This document shows positions 22,961 to 33,891 of a stretch of 64,000 bases of DNA, in pieces. The stretch is from positions 960,001 through 1,024,000 of the forward strand of contig CAVYGB010000002.1 in the NCBI GenBank assembly GCA_963767925.1, written 5' to 3'. The stretch comes from an uncultured delta proteobacterium. GTDB lineage: Bacteria; Myxococcota_A; Polyangia; Fen-1088. How positions within the stretch are numbered: the first letter of the stretch is position 1; the number at the start of each line of letters is the position of its first letter. The notes below the pieces were generated by a model, which was not told the origin of the DNA, did no database searches, and saw nothing but the letters and a program-made list of their open reading frames with translations. A program made the translations under genes and the position numbers.

Positions 22961-23355
22961 ACGAGACGCCGATGTGGCTGCAGATGGTGATCGCGGCGCT
23001 CGTGATGTTCGGTGGGGCGCTGACCCTGATCGGGTCGTTCGGGCTGCTGCGCCTGGGGACCTTCTTCCAGCGCATCCACGCGCCCACCCTGGGCGCGACC
23101 CTCGGGGTCTGGAGCCTCACGCTCGCCACGGTGGTGCAGGTGTCGCACGCGCGGGGGCAGGTCTACCTGCACACCCTGCTGATCGCCGTCTTCATCGCCC
23201 TGACCGCGCCGGTGACGACCCTGTTCCTCATGCGGGCGGCGGTGTTTCGCGCGCGCGTGCGGGGCGACCGGGACGTGCCCGCCCCCCTCGGCGACCAGTT
23301 CGCCGGCGGCGGGATCGCAGACGGTGGCGCGGGACCGGGCGAGCAAGGAAATTGA
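22957..23355 (+). CDS. phaG: Mrp/Pha antiporter subunit G
   Basis: IGSFGLLRL..FFQRIHAPT, LTAPV. Confidence 0.92.
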   Translation: MNETPMWLQMVIAALVMFGGALTLIGSFGLLRLGTFFQRIHAPTLGATLGVWSLTLATVVQVSHARGQVYLHTLLIAVFIALTAPVTTLFLMRAAVFRARVRGDRDVPAPLGDQFAGGGIADGGAGPGEQGN

Positions 23356-23386
23356 GCGAGCGTTGCCTTCCGTGTAAGCCTCGGAC

Positions 23387-24715
23387 GTGACCCAGACAGC
23401 TCTCGCTCGCAAGGTCGTTCAAAGCTCGGGACCGAGCATCGTGGCGCTCGCGGGCGCGTTGCTGTTCAGTCCCGCCGCCCGGGCCCAGGTTCCCCCTGTC
23501 GGATCGGGACCCGCGCCCGCCACGCACCCCGGCGCCGGCGACTCGGCCGACGAACGGGGCCTCGCCGTCAAGAGCGGCGACAGCGCCTTCGTGTACCGCG
23601 TGCGCGGCGTCCTGCAGGTCGATGGCCGGTGGTACCTGGGGGACGCCCGGCTCGACGACCGCGACACCCTGTTGATCCGCCGGGCCCGTCCCATCCTCGA
23701 GGCCACCGTCCTGGGCATCATCGACTTCCGCCTGATGCCCGACTTCGCCGAGGGCCGGGCCGCGGTCTTCGACGCTTACCTCGACGCCCGGGTGCACCCC
23801 TGGCTCAAGCTGCGCGCCGGCAAGTTCAAGCCTCCGATCGGCCTCGAACGCCTGCAATCCGACCCCGATCTGCCCTTCATGGAGCGGGCTTTGACCTCGA
23901 ACCTGTCCCCCGTGCGCGATGTCGGCGCCCAGCTCTTCGGCGACGTCCTGGGCGGGTTCCTCAGCTACACCGTCGGCGTCTTCAACGGCGCGCCCGACAA
24001 CACCAACGGCGACACCGACGCCAACCACGGCAAGGACTTCGCCGGGCGCCTCTTCCTGAAGCCGTTCAGCCTCGGCGGACCCTCGCCGCTGGGGCTGCTG
24101 GGCATCGGGCTGGCCGCCAGCACCGGCGCCCAGCGCGCAACGACCAGCGCCCCTGGCCTGCCCACTTTCCGCACCGGCGGCCAGCTCGCATTTTTCAGCT
24201 ACCTCACCAGCTCGACCGACCCCGACGCCACCGCGTACGCGTTCGGCCGGCGCAGCCGGCTCAACCCGCATCTCTATTACTACCTGGGGCGGCTGGGCCT
24301 GCTGGCCGAATACGTCGCCTCCCGCGAGACCGTCCAGCTCGGCGACACCCAGCAGACCCTCACCCACGTCGCCTGGCACGCCACCTTATCGGTCGCCCTC
24401 GGCGGCAAGGTCGCCTACGACGGCGTCACCCCCCAGGCCAGCCTGAACCCCGAGCGCCGCACCTGGGGCGCGCTCGAGCTGGCCGCCCGCCTCGGCGCCC
24501 TCTCGCTCGACGAGCAGACCTTCCCCCTCTTCGCCGACCCCACCCGCTCCCCCCGCAAGGCCACCGCCGTGGCCGCCGCCCTCAACTGGTACCTCGGCCG
24601 CAACGCCCGCCTCAACCTCGACTTCGAACGCACCTGGTTCGAAGGCGGCGCCCCCGCCCTCGGCGACCGCGCCGCCGAAAACGCGCTGCTCACCCGCATG
24701 CAGGTGACGTTCTGA
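23387..24715 (+). CDS. OprO/OprP-family anion-selective porin
   Basis: Signal peptide; IRRARP, FRLMPDF, GKFKPPIGLERLQS, WGALELAAR, LNWYL, terminal F. Confidence 0.88.
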   Translation: MTQTALARKVVQSSGPSIVALAGALLFSPAARAQVPPVGSGPAPATHPGAGDSADERGLAVKSGDSAFVYRVRGVLQVDGRWYLGDARLDDRDTLLIRRARPILEATVLGIIDFRLMPDFAEGRAAVFDAYLDARVHPWLKLRAGKFKPPIGLERLQSDPDLPFMERALTSNLSPVRDVGAQLFGDVLGGFLSYTVGVFNGAPDNTNGDTDANHGKDFAGRLFLKPFSLGGPSPLGLLGIGLAASTGAQRATTSAPGLPTFRTGGQLAFFSYLTSSTDPDATAYAFGRRSRLNPHLYYYLGRLGLLAEYVASRETVQLGDTQQTLTHVAWHATLSVALGGKVAYDGVTPQASLNPERRTWGALELAARLGALSLDEQTFPLFADPTRSPRKATAVAAALNWYLGRNARLNLDFERTWFEGGAPALGDRAAENALLTRMQVTF

Positions 24716-24742
24716 GGGGATGGGCGGGCGCGCGCTGGCGCG

Positions 24743-24763
24743 GGTAATGATTGCGATTATCAT
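24743..24763. promoter_or_regulatory. AT-rich palindromic operator (Fur-box-like)
   Basis: GGTAATGATTGCGATTATC matches 14/19 of GATAATGATAATCATTATC; also contains ATGAT-N7-ATCAT. Confidence 0.45.
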
Positions 24764-24770
24764 CTTCAAT

Positions 24771-24926
24771 ATGACGTCGAGCCGGCGGCCGCGGGTCTTG
24801 ATCTCCGGGGTCGGGGTCGGGGTGGCGGGGCGGCCGGCGATCTGGCTGCGCAACCAGGCGTTCCGGCTGCTGCCGCTGTTCGCTCGGCTGGGCTTCGCGG
24901 GCAAGCTGGAACGCGCCTCCGGTTGA
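24771..24926 (+). pseudogene. internally deleted FAD-dependent monooxygenase remnant
   Basis: MTSSRRPRVLISGVGVGVAG (Rossmann start) joined directly to AIWLRNQAFRLLP (typical C-terminus). Confidence 0.6.
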
Positions 24927-24989
24927 GGCCAGGACTCCGGGGAGGCTTCACACGCGCCACCTTCCCGACGCGCCTCGCCCGAGTCCGGA

Positions 24990-25157
24990 CCCCTCACCCC
25001 ACCCTCTCCCCGCTGCCGCGGGGCGAGGGCGAACGGACAACGGTGAGCCGAGATCCCCGGGCAATTCGCCGCATGGCCGGATCGGGACGTGATCGGGGCG
25101 CCTGGCTGATTGTTCGCCCTCGCCCCGCGGCAGCGGGGAGAGGGTGGGGGTGAGGGG
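24990..25157. repeat. inverted pair of REP-like palindromes (BIME-like), copies 2 and 3
   Basis: CCCCTCACCCCACCCTCTCCCCGCTGCCGCGGGGCGAGGGCGAAC (24990-25034) and its near-perfect reverse complement (25112-25157). Confidence 0.9.
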
Positions 25158-25292
25158 CTCCGGCGAGGCGTTGCAACGCATTGCTCAGCAGGCGTTCTCT
25201 CCGCTCGGTACTTCCGCCGCGCCGCCCCCCCGAAAGGCGCGGCTGCTGTTAAGCTGGCCGGCGTAGCCCGCTCTTCACCGACGGCCGCGGCA

Positions 25293-27734
25293 ATGAGCCC
25301 ATCCCTCGAAGCAGCGAACGGCGCGGCCCGCGTGGCCGCGGCCGGATCCAGGCCAGCGCTGCGTCTGGCGCTCGCGCTCCTGGCCGCGCTCGCGGCGGGG
25401 GGCACGGCTTGCGGGGCGACCGGCTCGCGCGGATCGCACCCGAGCGCGGCGGCGGCCACGCCGGCCCAGCTGGTCGAGCGGTATTGCCTGGACTGCCACA
25501 GCGACGGCTCGCGCAAGGGCGAGCTCAGCCTCGCGGGCGTCGACCTCACCGCGCCGGCCACCGCCCCCGAGCTGCGCGAGCGGGTGGTCCGCAAGCTCCG
25601 CCACCGGCAGATGCCCCCCCTCGGCGAGGAGCGGCCCGACGAGGCCACCTACGAGGCGGTGACCGCCCAGCTCGAGGCGGCGCTGGATCGCGAGGCCCTG
25701 GCCCACCCCCGGCCCGGCCGGTCGGAGGCCTTCCGGCGCCTCACCCGCACCGAATACCAGAACGCGATCCGCGACCTGCTCGCGCTCGACATCGACGCCA
25801 CCGCCCTGCTGCCCCACGACGAGCCGAGCCACGGGTTCGACAACGTCACCGTCGGCACCTTGTCGCCCACGTTGCTCGAACGGTACGTCACGGCGGCCCA
25901 GAAGATCGCCCGCCTCGCCGTCGGGGTGCCCCGCAAGACCCCCACCGGCGAGACCTTCCGCGTGCCCCCCGACCTCACGCAGGAGGAGCACGTCGAGGGG
26001 CTGCCCCTCGGCACCCGGGGCGGCGCCGCCTTCCCCCACGTCTTCCCCCAGGACGGCCAGTACGAGGTCCAGGTGCGCCTGACCCGCGACCGCAACGAGC
26101 ACGTCGAGGGGCTGAAGAAGCCCCACGAGATCGAGGTGCTGATCGATCGCCAGCCCGTCGCCCGCTTCACGGTCCAGCCGCCCGGCGCCGACAAGAACCA
26201 CGAGGCGGTCGACGCCCACCTGCAGGTGCGGGTGCCCGTCGCGGCGGGGCCCCACCTGGTCGCCGCGACCTTCCCCAAGGATCCGTCGCTGCTGCTCGAG
26301 AGCGAGCGCCAGCCGTTCATCGCCCGCTTCAACATGCACCGGCACCCCCGCACGGCGCCGGCCCTGTACCAGCTCTCGGTCACCGGCCCCTTCGACGCCA
26401 GCGGCCCCGGCGACACCCCCAGCCGCCGTCGGATCTTCGGCGACACGCCCGCCCCACCGCGGACCACCTCGCGCGCCGGGCAGGAGGCCCGCGCGCGGCT
26501 CATCCTCGCCCCCCTGGTGCGGCGGGCCTTCCGGCGCCCGGTCAGCGAGGGGGACCTGCGCAGGCCGCTGGCCTTCTTCCGCGCGGGCAGCGCCGGCGGC
26601 GCGGGCTTCGACGCCGGCATCGAGAGCGCGCTCGCCGCCATCCTGGTCAGCCCGCGCTTCCTCATCCGCACCGAGGCCGAGCCCCCCGGAGCCGCCCGGG
26701 GCGCCGCCGCTCCCCTGAGCGACCTCGAGCTGGCCGCGCGGCTGTCGTTCTTTCTCTGGAGCAGCCTGCCCGACGATGCCCTGATCGAGGCCGCCACGCG
26801 GGGCGACCTCCGCCAGCCGCACCTGCGCGAGCGGCAGGTCCGCCGCATGCTCGCGGACCGCCGCTCGGACAGCCTGGTCAGCAACTTCGCCAGCCAGTGG
26901 CTGCAGCTTCGCAAGCTCGACGCCATCACGCCCGACGCGCGCCTCTTCCCGAACTTCGACGACAACCTCCGCCAGGCGCTGCGGCGCGAGACCGAGCTGT
27001 TCTTCGAGAGCGTGCTGCGCGAGGACCGCAGCGTCGCCGACCTCGTGTGCGCGGACTACTCCTTCTTGAACGAGCGCCTCGCCCGCCACTACGGCGTTTC
27101 CCACGTGCAGGGCAGCCGCTTTCGCCGGGTGTCGTTCGCCGGCGATCCCGAGCGCCAGCGGGGCGGGCTCCTGCGCCAGGGGAGCATCCTCACCATCAGC
27201 TCCTACGCCACCCGCACCTCGCCGGTGATCCGGGGCCACTTCATCCTGGCCAACCTCCTCGGCGAGCCGCCCCCGCCCCCGCCCCCCGACGTCCCGGCGC
27301 TGGAGGAGGGCACCGTCTCGACGACTCTGCCCATGCGCGAGCGCCTGGCCGCCCACCGGGCCAACCCCACCTGCGCGCACTGCCACCGGCTCATGGATCC
27401 GGTCGGGTTCTCGCTGGAGAACTTCGACGCCGTCGGCCGCTGGCGGACCGCCGAGGATCGCCGCCCGATCGACGCCTCGGGTGGGCTGCCCGACGGCAGC
27501 ACCTTCGCCGGGGTGGCCGGGCTGGAGCGGGGCCTGTGCCGGCGGCCCGAGCTGCTGGCCGCCACGGTCACCGAGAAGCTCCTGACCTACGCCCTCGGGC
27601 GGGGCGTCGAGCCCCACGACGGCCCCGCCATCCGTGCGATAATCCGGCGGGCGAAGGCCGACGGCTACCGATTGTCCACGCTCATGCTGGGCGTGGTCGA
27701 CAGCGTTCCCTTTCAGATGAGGACAGCGCCATGA
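25293..27734 (+). CDS. DUF1592/1588/1587/1595/1585-type protein with c-type heme motifs
   Basis: CLDCH and CAHCH; RRLTRTEYQNAIRDLL, LAARLSFFLWSSLPD, TSPVIRG, GFSLENFDAVGRWR; start uncertain. Confidence 0.92.
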   Translation: MSPSLEAANGAARVAAAGSRPALRLALALLAALAAGGTACGATGSRGSHPSAAAATPAQLVERYCLDCHSDGSRKGELSLAGVDLTAPATAPELRERVVRKLRHRQMPPLGEERPDEATYEAVTAQLEAALDREALAHPRPGRSEAFRRLTRTEYQNAIRDLLALDIDATALLPHDEPSHGFDNVTVGTLSPTLLERYVTAAQKIARLAVGVPRKTPTGETFRVPPDLTQEEHVEGLPLGTRGGAAFPHVFPQDGQYEVQVRLTRDRNEHVEGLKKPHEIEVLIDRQPVARFTVQPPGADKNHEAVDAHLQVRVPVAAGPHLVAATFPKDPSLLLESERQPFIARFNMHRHPRTAPALYQLSVTGPFDASGPGDTPSRRRIFGDTPAPPRTTSRAGQEARARLILAPLVRRAFRRPVSEGDLRRPLAFFRAGSAGGAGFDAGIESALAAILVSPRFLIRTEAEPPGAARGAAAPLSDLELAARLSFFLWSSLPDDALIEAATRGDLRQPHLRERQVRRMLADRRSDSLVSNFASQWLQLRKLDAITPDARLFPNFDDNLRQALRRETELFFESVLREDRSVADLVCADYSFLNERLARHYGVSHVQGSRFRRVSFAGDPERQRGGLLRQGSILTISSYATRTSPVIRGHFILANLLGEPPPPPPPDVPALEEGTVSTTLPMRERLAAHRANPTCAHCHRLMDPVGFSLENFDAVGRWRTAEDRRPIDASGGLPDGSTFAGVAGLERGLCRRPELLAATVTEKLLTYALGRGVEPHDGPAIRAIIRRAKADGYRLSTLMLGVVDSVPFQMRTAP

Positions 27735-29080
27735 TCATCCGGAAGAAAGCTCTCTCCCGTCGAACCGTGCTGCGCGGCCTGGGCGCGTCGGTCGCCCTCC
27801 CCCTGCTGGACGCCATGGTCCCCGCCGCCAGCGCGACGGCCCGCCCCGCCGCCCGGCGCCCGCCCCGGCTGGCCTACGTCTTCATGCCCATGGGCTGCGA
27901 TCAGTCGCGCTGGACGCCGCCCGGCAGCGACGGCAAGCTCGGGGCGCTCTCGCCCATCCTCGCCTCGCTGGCCCCGGTCAAGCGGCACGTCACCGTCCTC
28001 ACCAACCTCGAGCTGCGCAACGCCTATCCCGGCTCCCACGCCACCTCGAACTCCTCGTTCCTCAGCGCCGCCAAGGCCAAGCACACCGAGAGCTCCGACT
28101 ATTACCTCGGCACCACCGCCGACCAGATCGCCGCCCAGCAGATCGGGCGCCAGACGCAGCTCCCCTCGCTCGAGCTGTCGATGGACATGATGCAGACCAC
28201 CGGCCAGTGCGACAACGGCTACGCCTGCGTCTACCAGAACAACCTGTCCTGGTCCTCGCCGACCACCCCCCTGCCCTCCGAGGCGCACCCGCGCATCGTC
28301 TTCGAGCGGCTGTTCGGTGAGGGCGGCAGCGTCGCCGAGCGCCGCGCGGCCCTGCGCAAGCGGGCCAGCCTCCTCGACGCCATCAGCGAGGACTTCGCCA
28401 CCCTGAAGGCCGACCTGGGCGCCGCCGACCGCGGCCGCCTGGGCGAATACCTCGAGGCGGTTCGCCAGGTCGAGCGCCGCATCCAGAAGGCCGACGCGGA
28501 TCTGGCCCGGGGCGCGGTCCCCGTCGATCTCGCGCGTCCCCTCGGCGCACCCGCCGCCTACGCCGACCACGCCCGCCTGATGTTCGACCTGCAGGTGCTC
28601 GCCCTGCAGGGGGAGATCACGCGCGTCACCAGCTTCCAGCTCGCCCGGGAGACCAGCAACCGCACCTACCCCGAGACGGGCGTCTCCGATCCCCATCACC
28701 CGCTGTCCCACCACGGCAACGACCCCGGCAAGATCGCCCGGCTGGCGAAGATCAACGCCTTTCACGTCTCGCTCTTCGCCTACTTCCTGGAACGCCTGCA
28801 GGCCACGCCCGACGGCGGCGGCTCCCTGCTGGACAGCAGCCTCGTCCTCTACGGCAGCGGCATCGGCAACCCCAACGTCCACGACCACACCAACCTCCCC
28901 ATCCTGGTCGCCGGCGGCGCCGCCAGCGGGATGAAGGGCGGCCGCCACCTCCGCTACGCCGCGCCCGTCCCCCTGGCCAATCTGCACCTGACGCTCCTGC
29001 AGAAGGCGGGCGTCCGCATCGACGCCTTCGCCGACAGCACCGGCGTGATCGACGGCCTGTTCCTCCCGCGGGCCGGATGA
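27731..29080 (+). CDS. DUF1552 (HXXSHH) protein
   Basis: ATGA overlap; SRRTVLRG Tat-like motif, LPLLDAM, HHPLSHH, NLHLTLL. Confidence 0.93.
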   Translation: MIIRKKALSRRTVLRGLGASVALPLLDAMVPAASATARPAARRPPRLAYVFMPMGCDQSRWTPPGSDGKLGALSPILASLAPVKRHVTVLTNLELRNAYPGSHATSNSSFLSAAKAKHTESSDYYLGTTADQIAAQQIGRQTQLPSLELSMDMMQTTGQCDNGYACVYQNNLSWSSPTTPLPSEAHPRIVFERLFGEGGSVAERRAALRKRASLLDAISEDFATLKADLGAADRGRLGEYLEAVRQVERRIQKADADLARGAVPVDLARPLGAPAAYADHARLMFDLQVLALQGEITRVTSFQLARETSNRTYPETGVSDPHHPLSHHGNDPGKIARLAKINAFHVSLFAYFLERLQATPDGGGSLLDSSLVLYGSGIGNPNVHDHTNLPILVAGGAASGMKGGRHLRYAAPVPLANLHLTLLQKAGVRIDAFADSTGVIDGLFLPRAG

Positions 29081-30714
29081 AGCCGGCCCGCGCCTTCGCG
29101 GCCAGCGCCGTCGTCGTCCTCGTCTTGTCGGCGGCCACCCCGGTGGCCGTCGCCGGCGAACGGGGTGAGCCGCGGAACGCCAGACAGACCCCTCACCCCT
29201 CCCTCTCCCCGCTGCCGCGGGGCGAAGGCGAACAAGCAGCCAGGCGCTCCGATCATCTCGCGAGCGGGGGATCCAGGGCTGCGCCGGGAGCGCCCCTGGT
29301 GGACGCGGTCGAGCGGAAGGACCTGGCGGCGGTGGGCGCGCTGATCGGGCGCAGCGACGTCAACGCCGCCGGCCCCGACGGCATGACCGCCTTGCACTGG
29401 GCGGCCCACCACGACGACGTCGCCCTGGCCCGGCGCCTGCTCGCCGCCGGGGCCCGCGCGGGGGCCCGCACCCGCTACGGCGTCACCCCGCTGTCGCTCG
29501 CCTGCACCAGCGGCGACTCCGCGCTCGTCGAGCTGCTGCTCGCCGCCGGCGCCGACCCCAACGCCCCTTTGCGCGGGGGCGAGACCCCGCTGATGACGGC
29601 TGCCCGCACCGGGCGGCTCGGCCCGGTGCAGGCCCTCCTCGCCCGCCGGGCCGACGTCAACGCCCGGCTGCCCGGCGGCCAGACCGCCCTCATGTGGGCG
29701 GCAGCCGAAGGCCACGCGCCCGTCGTCCGGGCCCTGCTGGCCGCCGGCGCCGACTTCCGCACCCCCCTGCCCAGCGGCTTTACCCCGATGCTCTTCGCCG
29801 TGCGCGGGGGCCACACCCCCGTGGTGCGCCTGCTCCGCGAGGCCGGCGTCGACCTCCGGGAGGCGGTTCGCGCCGGCAACAATCCCCCCAAGTTCCTCCG
29901 GAACGGGGCCAGCGCCCTCACCACCGCCATCGAGAACGCCCACTTCGAGCTGGCCGCCTGGCTGCTCGACCTGGGCGCCGACCCCAACGACCTGCGCTCC
30001 GGCTACACGCCCCTGCACATCCTGTCCTGGATCCGGAAGCCGGATCGAGGCGAGGACATCGGCGATCCGGTCCCCGAGGGCAGCGGCGCCCTCAGCAGCG
30101 AGCAGCTCATTCGCAAGCTGATCGCGAAAGGCGCCAACGTCAACGCCCGCCTTCCGGGCGGCCCCTCGGGCGGTGGCCGCATCGCGCGCCAGGGCGCGAC
30201 CCCGCTGATGATGGCCGCCGACACGGCCGACACCGCCTTCATGCGCCTGCTCGTCGCGGCCGGCGCCGACCCCACCGTCCCCAACGTCGACGGCTGCACC
30301 CCCTTGATGGCGGCAGCCGGCCTGGGCACCCGCGCCGCCGAGGAGGAGGCCGGCACCGACGAGGAGTCGGTGGAAGCCGTCACCTACCTGCTGAGCCTCG
30401 GCGCCAACATCGACGCCGTCGCCGACACCGGCGACACCGCCATGCACGGCGCCGCCTTCGCCAACTTCCCGAAGGTGGTGGCCCTGCTCGCCGCCCGCGG
30501 CGCGAAGATCGCCGTCTGGAACCGCAAGAACAAGCGCGGCTGGACCCCCCTGCTCATCGCCGAGGGCCATCGCTACGGCAACTTCAAGCCGTCGTTCGAG
30601 ACCATCGCGGCGATCAAGAAGGTGATGGTCGCGGCTGGCGTTGACCCGCCGGCGGCTCCGCTGGCGCCCGCGCCCCGTAACCCTGCCGGTCCCCAGGCCG
30701 CCGTCAGCCCGTAA
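29077..30714 (+). CDS. exported ankyrin-repeat protein
   Basis: Signal peptide; many G.TPL/TAL repeats (GMTALHWAA, GVTPLSLA, GETPLMTAA, GWTPLLIA). Confidence 0.93.
   Translation: MKPARAFAASAVVVLVLSAATPVAVAGERGEPRNARQTPHPSLSPLPRGEGEQAARRSDHLASGGSRAAPGAPLVDAVERKDLAAVGALIGRSDVNAAGPDGMTALHWAAHHDDVALARRLLAAGARAGARTRYGVTPLSLACTSGDSALVELLLAAGADPNAPLRGGETPLMTAARTGRLGPVQALLARRADVNARLPGGQTALMWAAAEGHAPVVRALLAAGADFRTPLPSGFTPMLFAVRGGHTPVVRLLREAGVDLREAVRAGNNPPKFLRNGASALTTAIENAHFELAAWLLDLGADPNDLRSGYTPLHILSWIRKPDRGEDIGDPVPEGSGALSSEQLIRKLIAKGANVNARLPGGPSGGGRIARQGATPLMMAADTADTAFMRLLVAAGADPTVPNVDGCTPLMAAAGLGTRAAEEEAGTDEESVEAVTYLLSLGANIDAVADTGDTAMHGAAFANFPKVVALLAARGAKIAVWNRKNKRGWTPLLIAEGHRYGNFKPSFETIAAIKKVMVAAGVDPPAAPLAPAPRNPAGPQAAVSP
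29189..29255 (+). repeat. REP-like element copy 4, in frame inside the ankyrin CDS
   Basis: About 67 nt nearly identical to the reverse complement of 25090-25157; encodes PHPSLSPLPRGEGEQAARRSD. Confidence 0.85.
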
Positions 30715-30887
30715 CACCCGCGCCTGGCTACCGCCGTCCTGGTCCGCAGGGAAGCGGTACGAGAGCGTAGTGCCGGAAGGCCCGATCTCGCAGAGCGGTC
30801 GAAGAGTGCTTCCCGGATCAGTCAGCCTCACTCCCCCTCAGGGACATAGGGTAATTTAACTTTGTTCTATAGAGTCATAAATAAACC

Positions 30888-31013
30888 ATGCTAAAAGACA
30901 CGAACCGTCTCACTTCTCTGCCCAGACCAGGACGCCGCTGGGTCCGCGACGGAGCCTCGGGCGCCTTCTTCAGAGAGGTTCCGGTCTACTTCAAGCTGCG
31001 CGGGCCCCGATGA
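30888..31013 (+). CDS. putative 41-aa small ORF coupled to the downstream gene
   Basis: MLKDTNRL...FFREVPVYFKLRGPR; stop overlaps ATG 31010 (ATGA); follows an AT-rich tract; no clear RBS. Confidence 0.3.
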   Translation: MLKDTNRLTSLPRPGRRWVRDGASGAFFREVPVYFKLRGPR

Positions 31014-31882
31014 CCCTGCCGATCCCCCGCGCCACCCTTACCGTCGCGGCGGTTCTGGTGCTCAGCCTGACCCTCAACGTGTGGTTCCTGATCCGCGCCG
31101 GAGCGAGGGCGGAGGAGCCGATCGACGGAGTCCCCCGGGACGATCCCTGCCTCGTCCCGGAGCAGCCGCCCCCGCTCGCCCGGACGGTCCTTCGTCAATC
31201 GGCGCAGCCGAGCCCGTGCGCCAGTCGCCTCGGCCAGGTGGAAGAACGGTTGGCCAGCTTACGCGCGTTGGCCGCGCAGAACCGGGTCGTCGATGAGATC
31301 CTGCGAGACAGCCCTCCGAACCCGGTCGCGACCAAGCAGCTCGAGGAGGCGACCCAACGCATCCTTGGAATCGACGGTGGGACGAAAGTACCGTTCCAGA
31401 GCGAATGCCGGGATATGGCCTGCACGGTGACGCCGCTGCGAGAGGAAGACGTCACGCCGGCCTGGATAAGCACCTTCCAGGCCAGCGAATGGTTCCGGAA
31501 TCACACGGATGGCCAGGTCATCAGCTCGCCCCGACGCCTCGCCTTCAAGCTGGCGCCCGAAGAGGTGGCCAGGCTCAAGGCGAATCTGCGCGCCCTCCTG
31601 CTCTCGTTTCGCCATAGCGGCTCCATCCAGCAGTGTCAGAGCCGGTTTCCACACGAGCCCGGGACCCTCGCCGCGACAATCGGGGTGGGTGGCGCCGAGC
31701 GCGACGCCTTGCCGGGAACCGACTCGGTCTGGGCCGAGCTGGAAGGAGATCTCATCGCCCACGAGGTCGCCTCCTGTGCCCGCGAGGCGCTCGCCAGAAC
31801 GCTGGAACGCTCGAGTCTACGAGCGATCCCCTCCCGCGAGGTGTCTGCCAGCAGTGTCCTGATCGCCCGACAGCCGCGCTAG
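31010..31882 (+). CDS. hypothetical membrane-anchored Cys-containing protein
   Basis: N-terminal TM; ECRDMAC; C-terminal IQQC...VASC pattern. Confidence 0.7.
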   Translation: MTLPIPRATLTVAAVLVLSLTLNVWFLIRAGARAEEPIDGVPRDDPCLVPEQPPPLARTVLRQSAQPSPCASRLGQVEERLASLRALAAQNRVVDEILRDSPPNPVATKQLEEATQRILGIDGGTKVPFQSECRDMACTVTPLREEDVTPAWISTFQASEWFRNHTDGQVISSPRRLAFKLAPEEVARLKANLRALLLSFRHSGSIQQCQSRFPHEPGTLAATIGVGGAERDALPGTDSVWAELEGDLIAHEVASCAREALARTLERSSLRAIPSREVSASSVLIARQPR

Positions 31883-32033
31883 CGGCGCGCGTTGGAGGGC
31901 ATGCCCGGCGTCCGTGAAGACGTCTCCGGGTGATTCCCGGGCGAGGGGAAGGGCACGGAAACGTAGACGCGCGGCCCCTACCGACTCGAACAGGGCGATA
32001 GTTGAGCTCTTGCTGGGGGCGTACGGGAGGGAA

Positions 32034-33659
<1,626 letters not shown>

Positions 33660-33891
33660 CAGCACCACTCTGGTGCCGATCCCCCGCCCGCGCATCGGGA
33701 TGCCAGGCAACTATCTTTCGACCCGGTGGTGGCGGCGCCCGAGGGCCGCGTGAGAAGCCGCCAGCGCCGGGGTCACCGAGCCGCCCCCGGACAGCACCAT
33801 GATCCCGGTGTCCCGGGCCCAGCCTGCCTGCCGCCGATGGTGGATCTCCCCAGCCTGGGCGATGATGGGCGCCATGATCCAGAGCGAAGGA

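Noticed and set aside
25409..27730. N-terminal extension making DUF1552 a 1223-aa protein
   Set aside because: Out-of-frame overlap with the DUF1592 gene; the real start is the ATGA-coupled ATG at 27731
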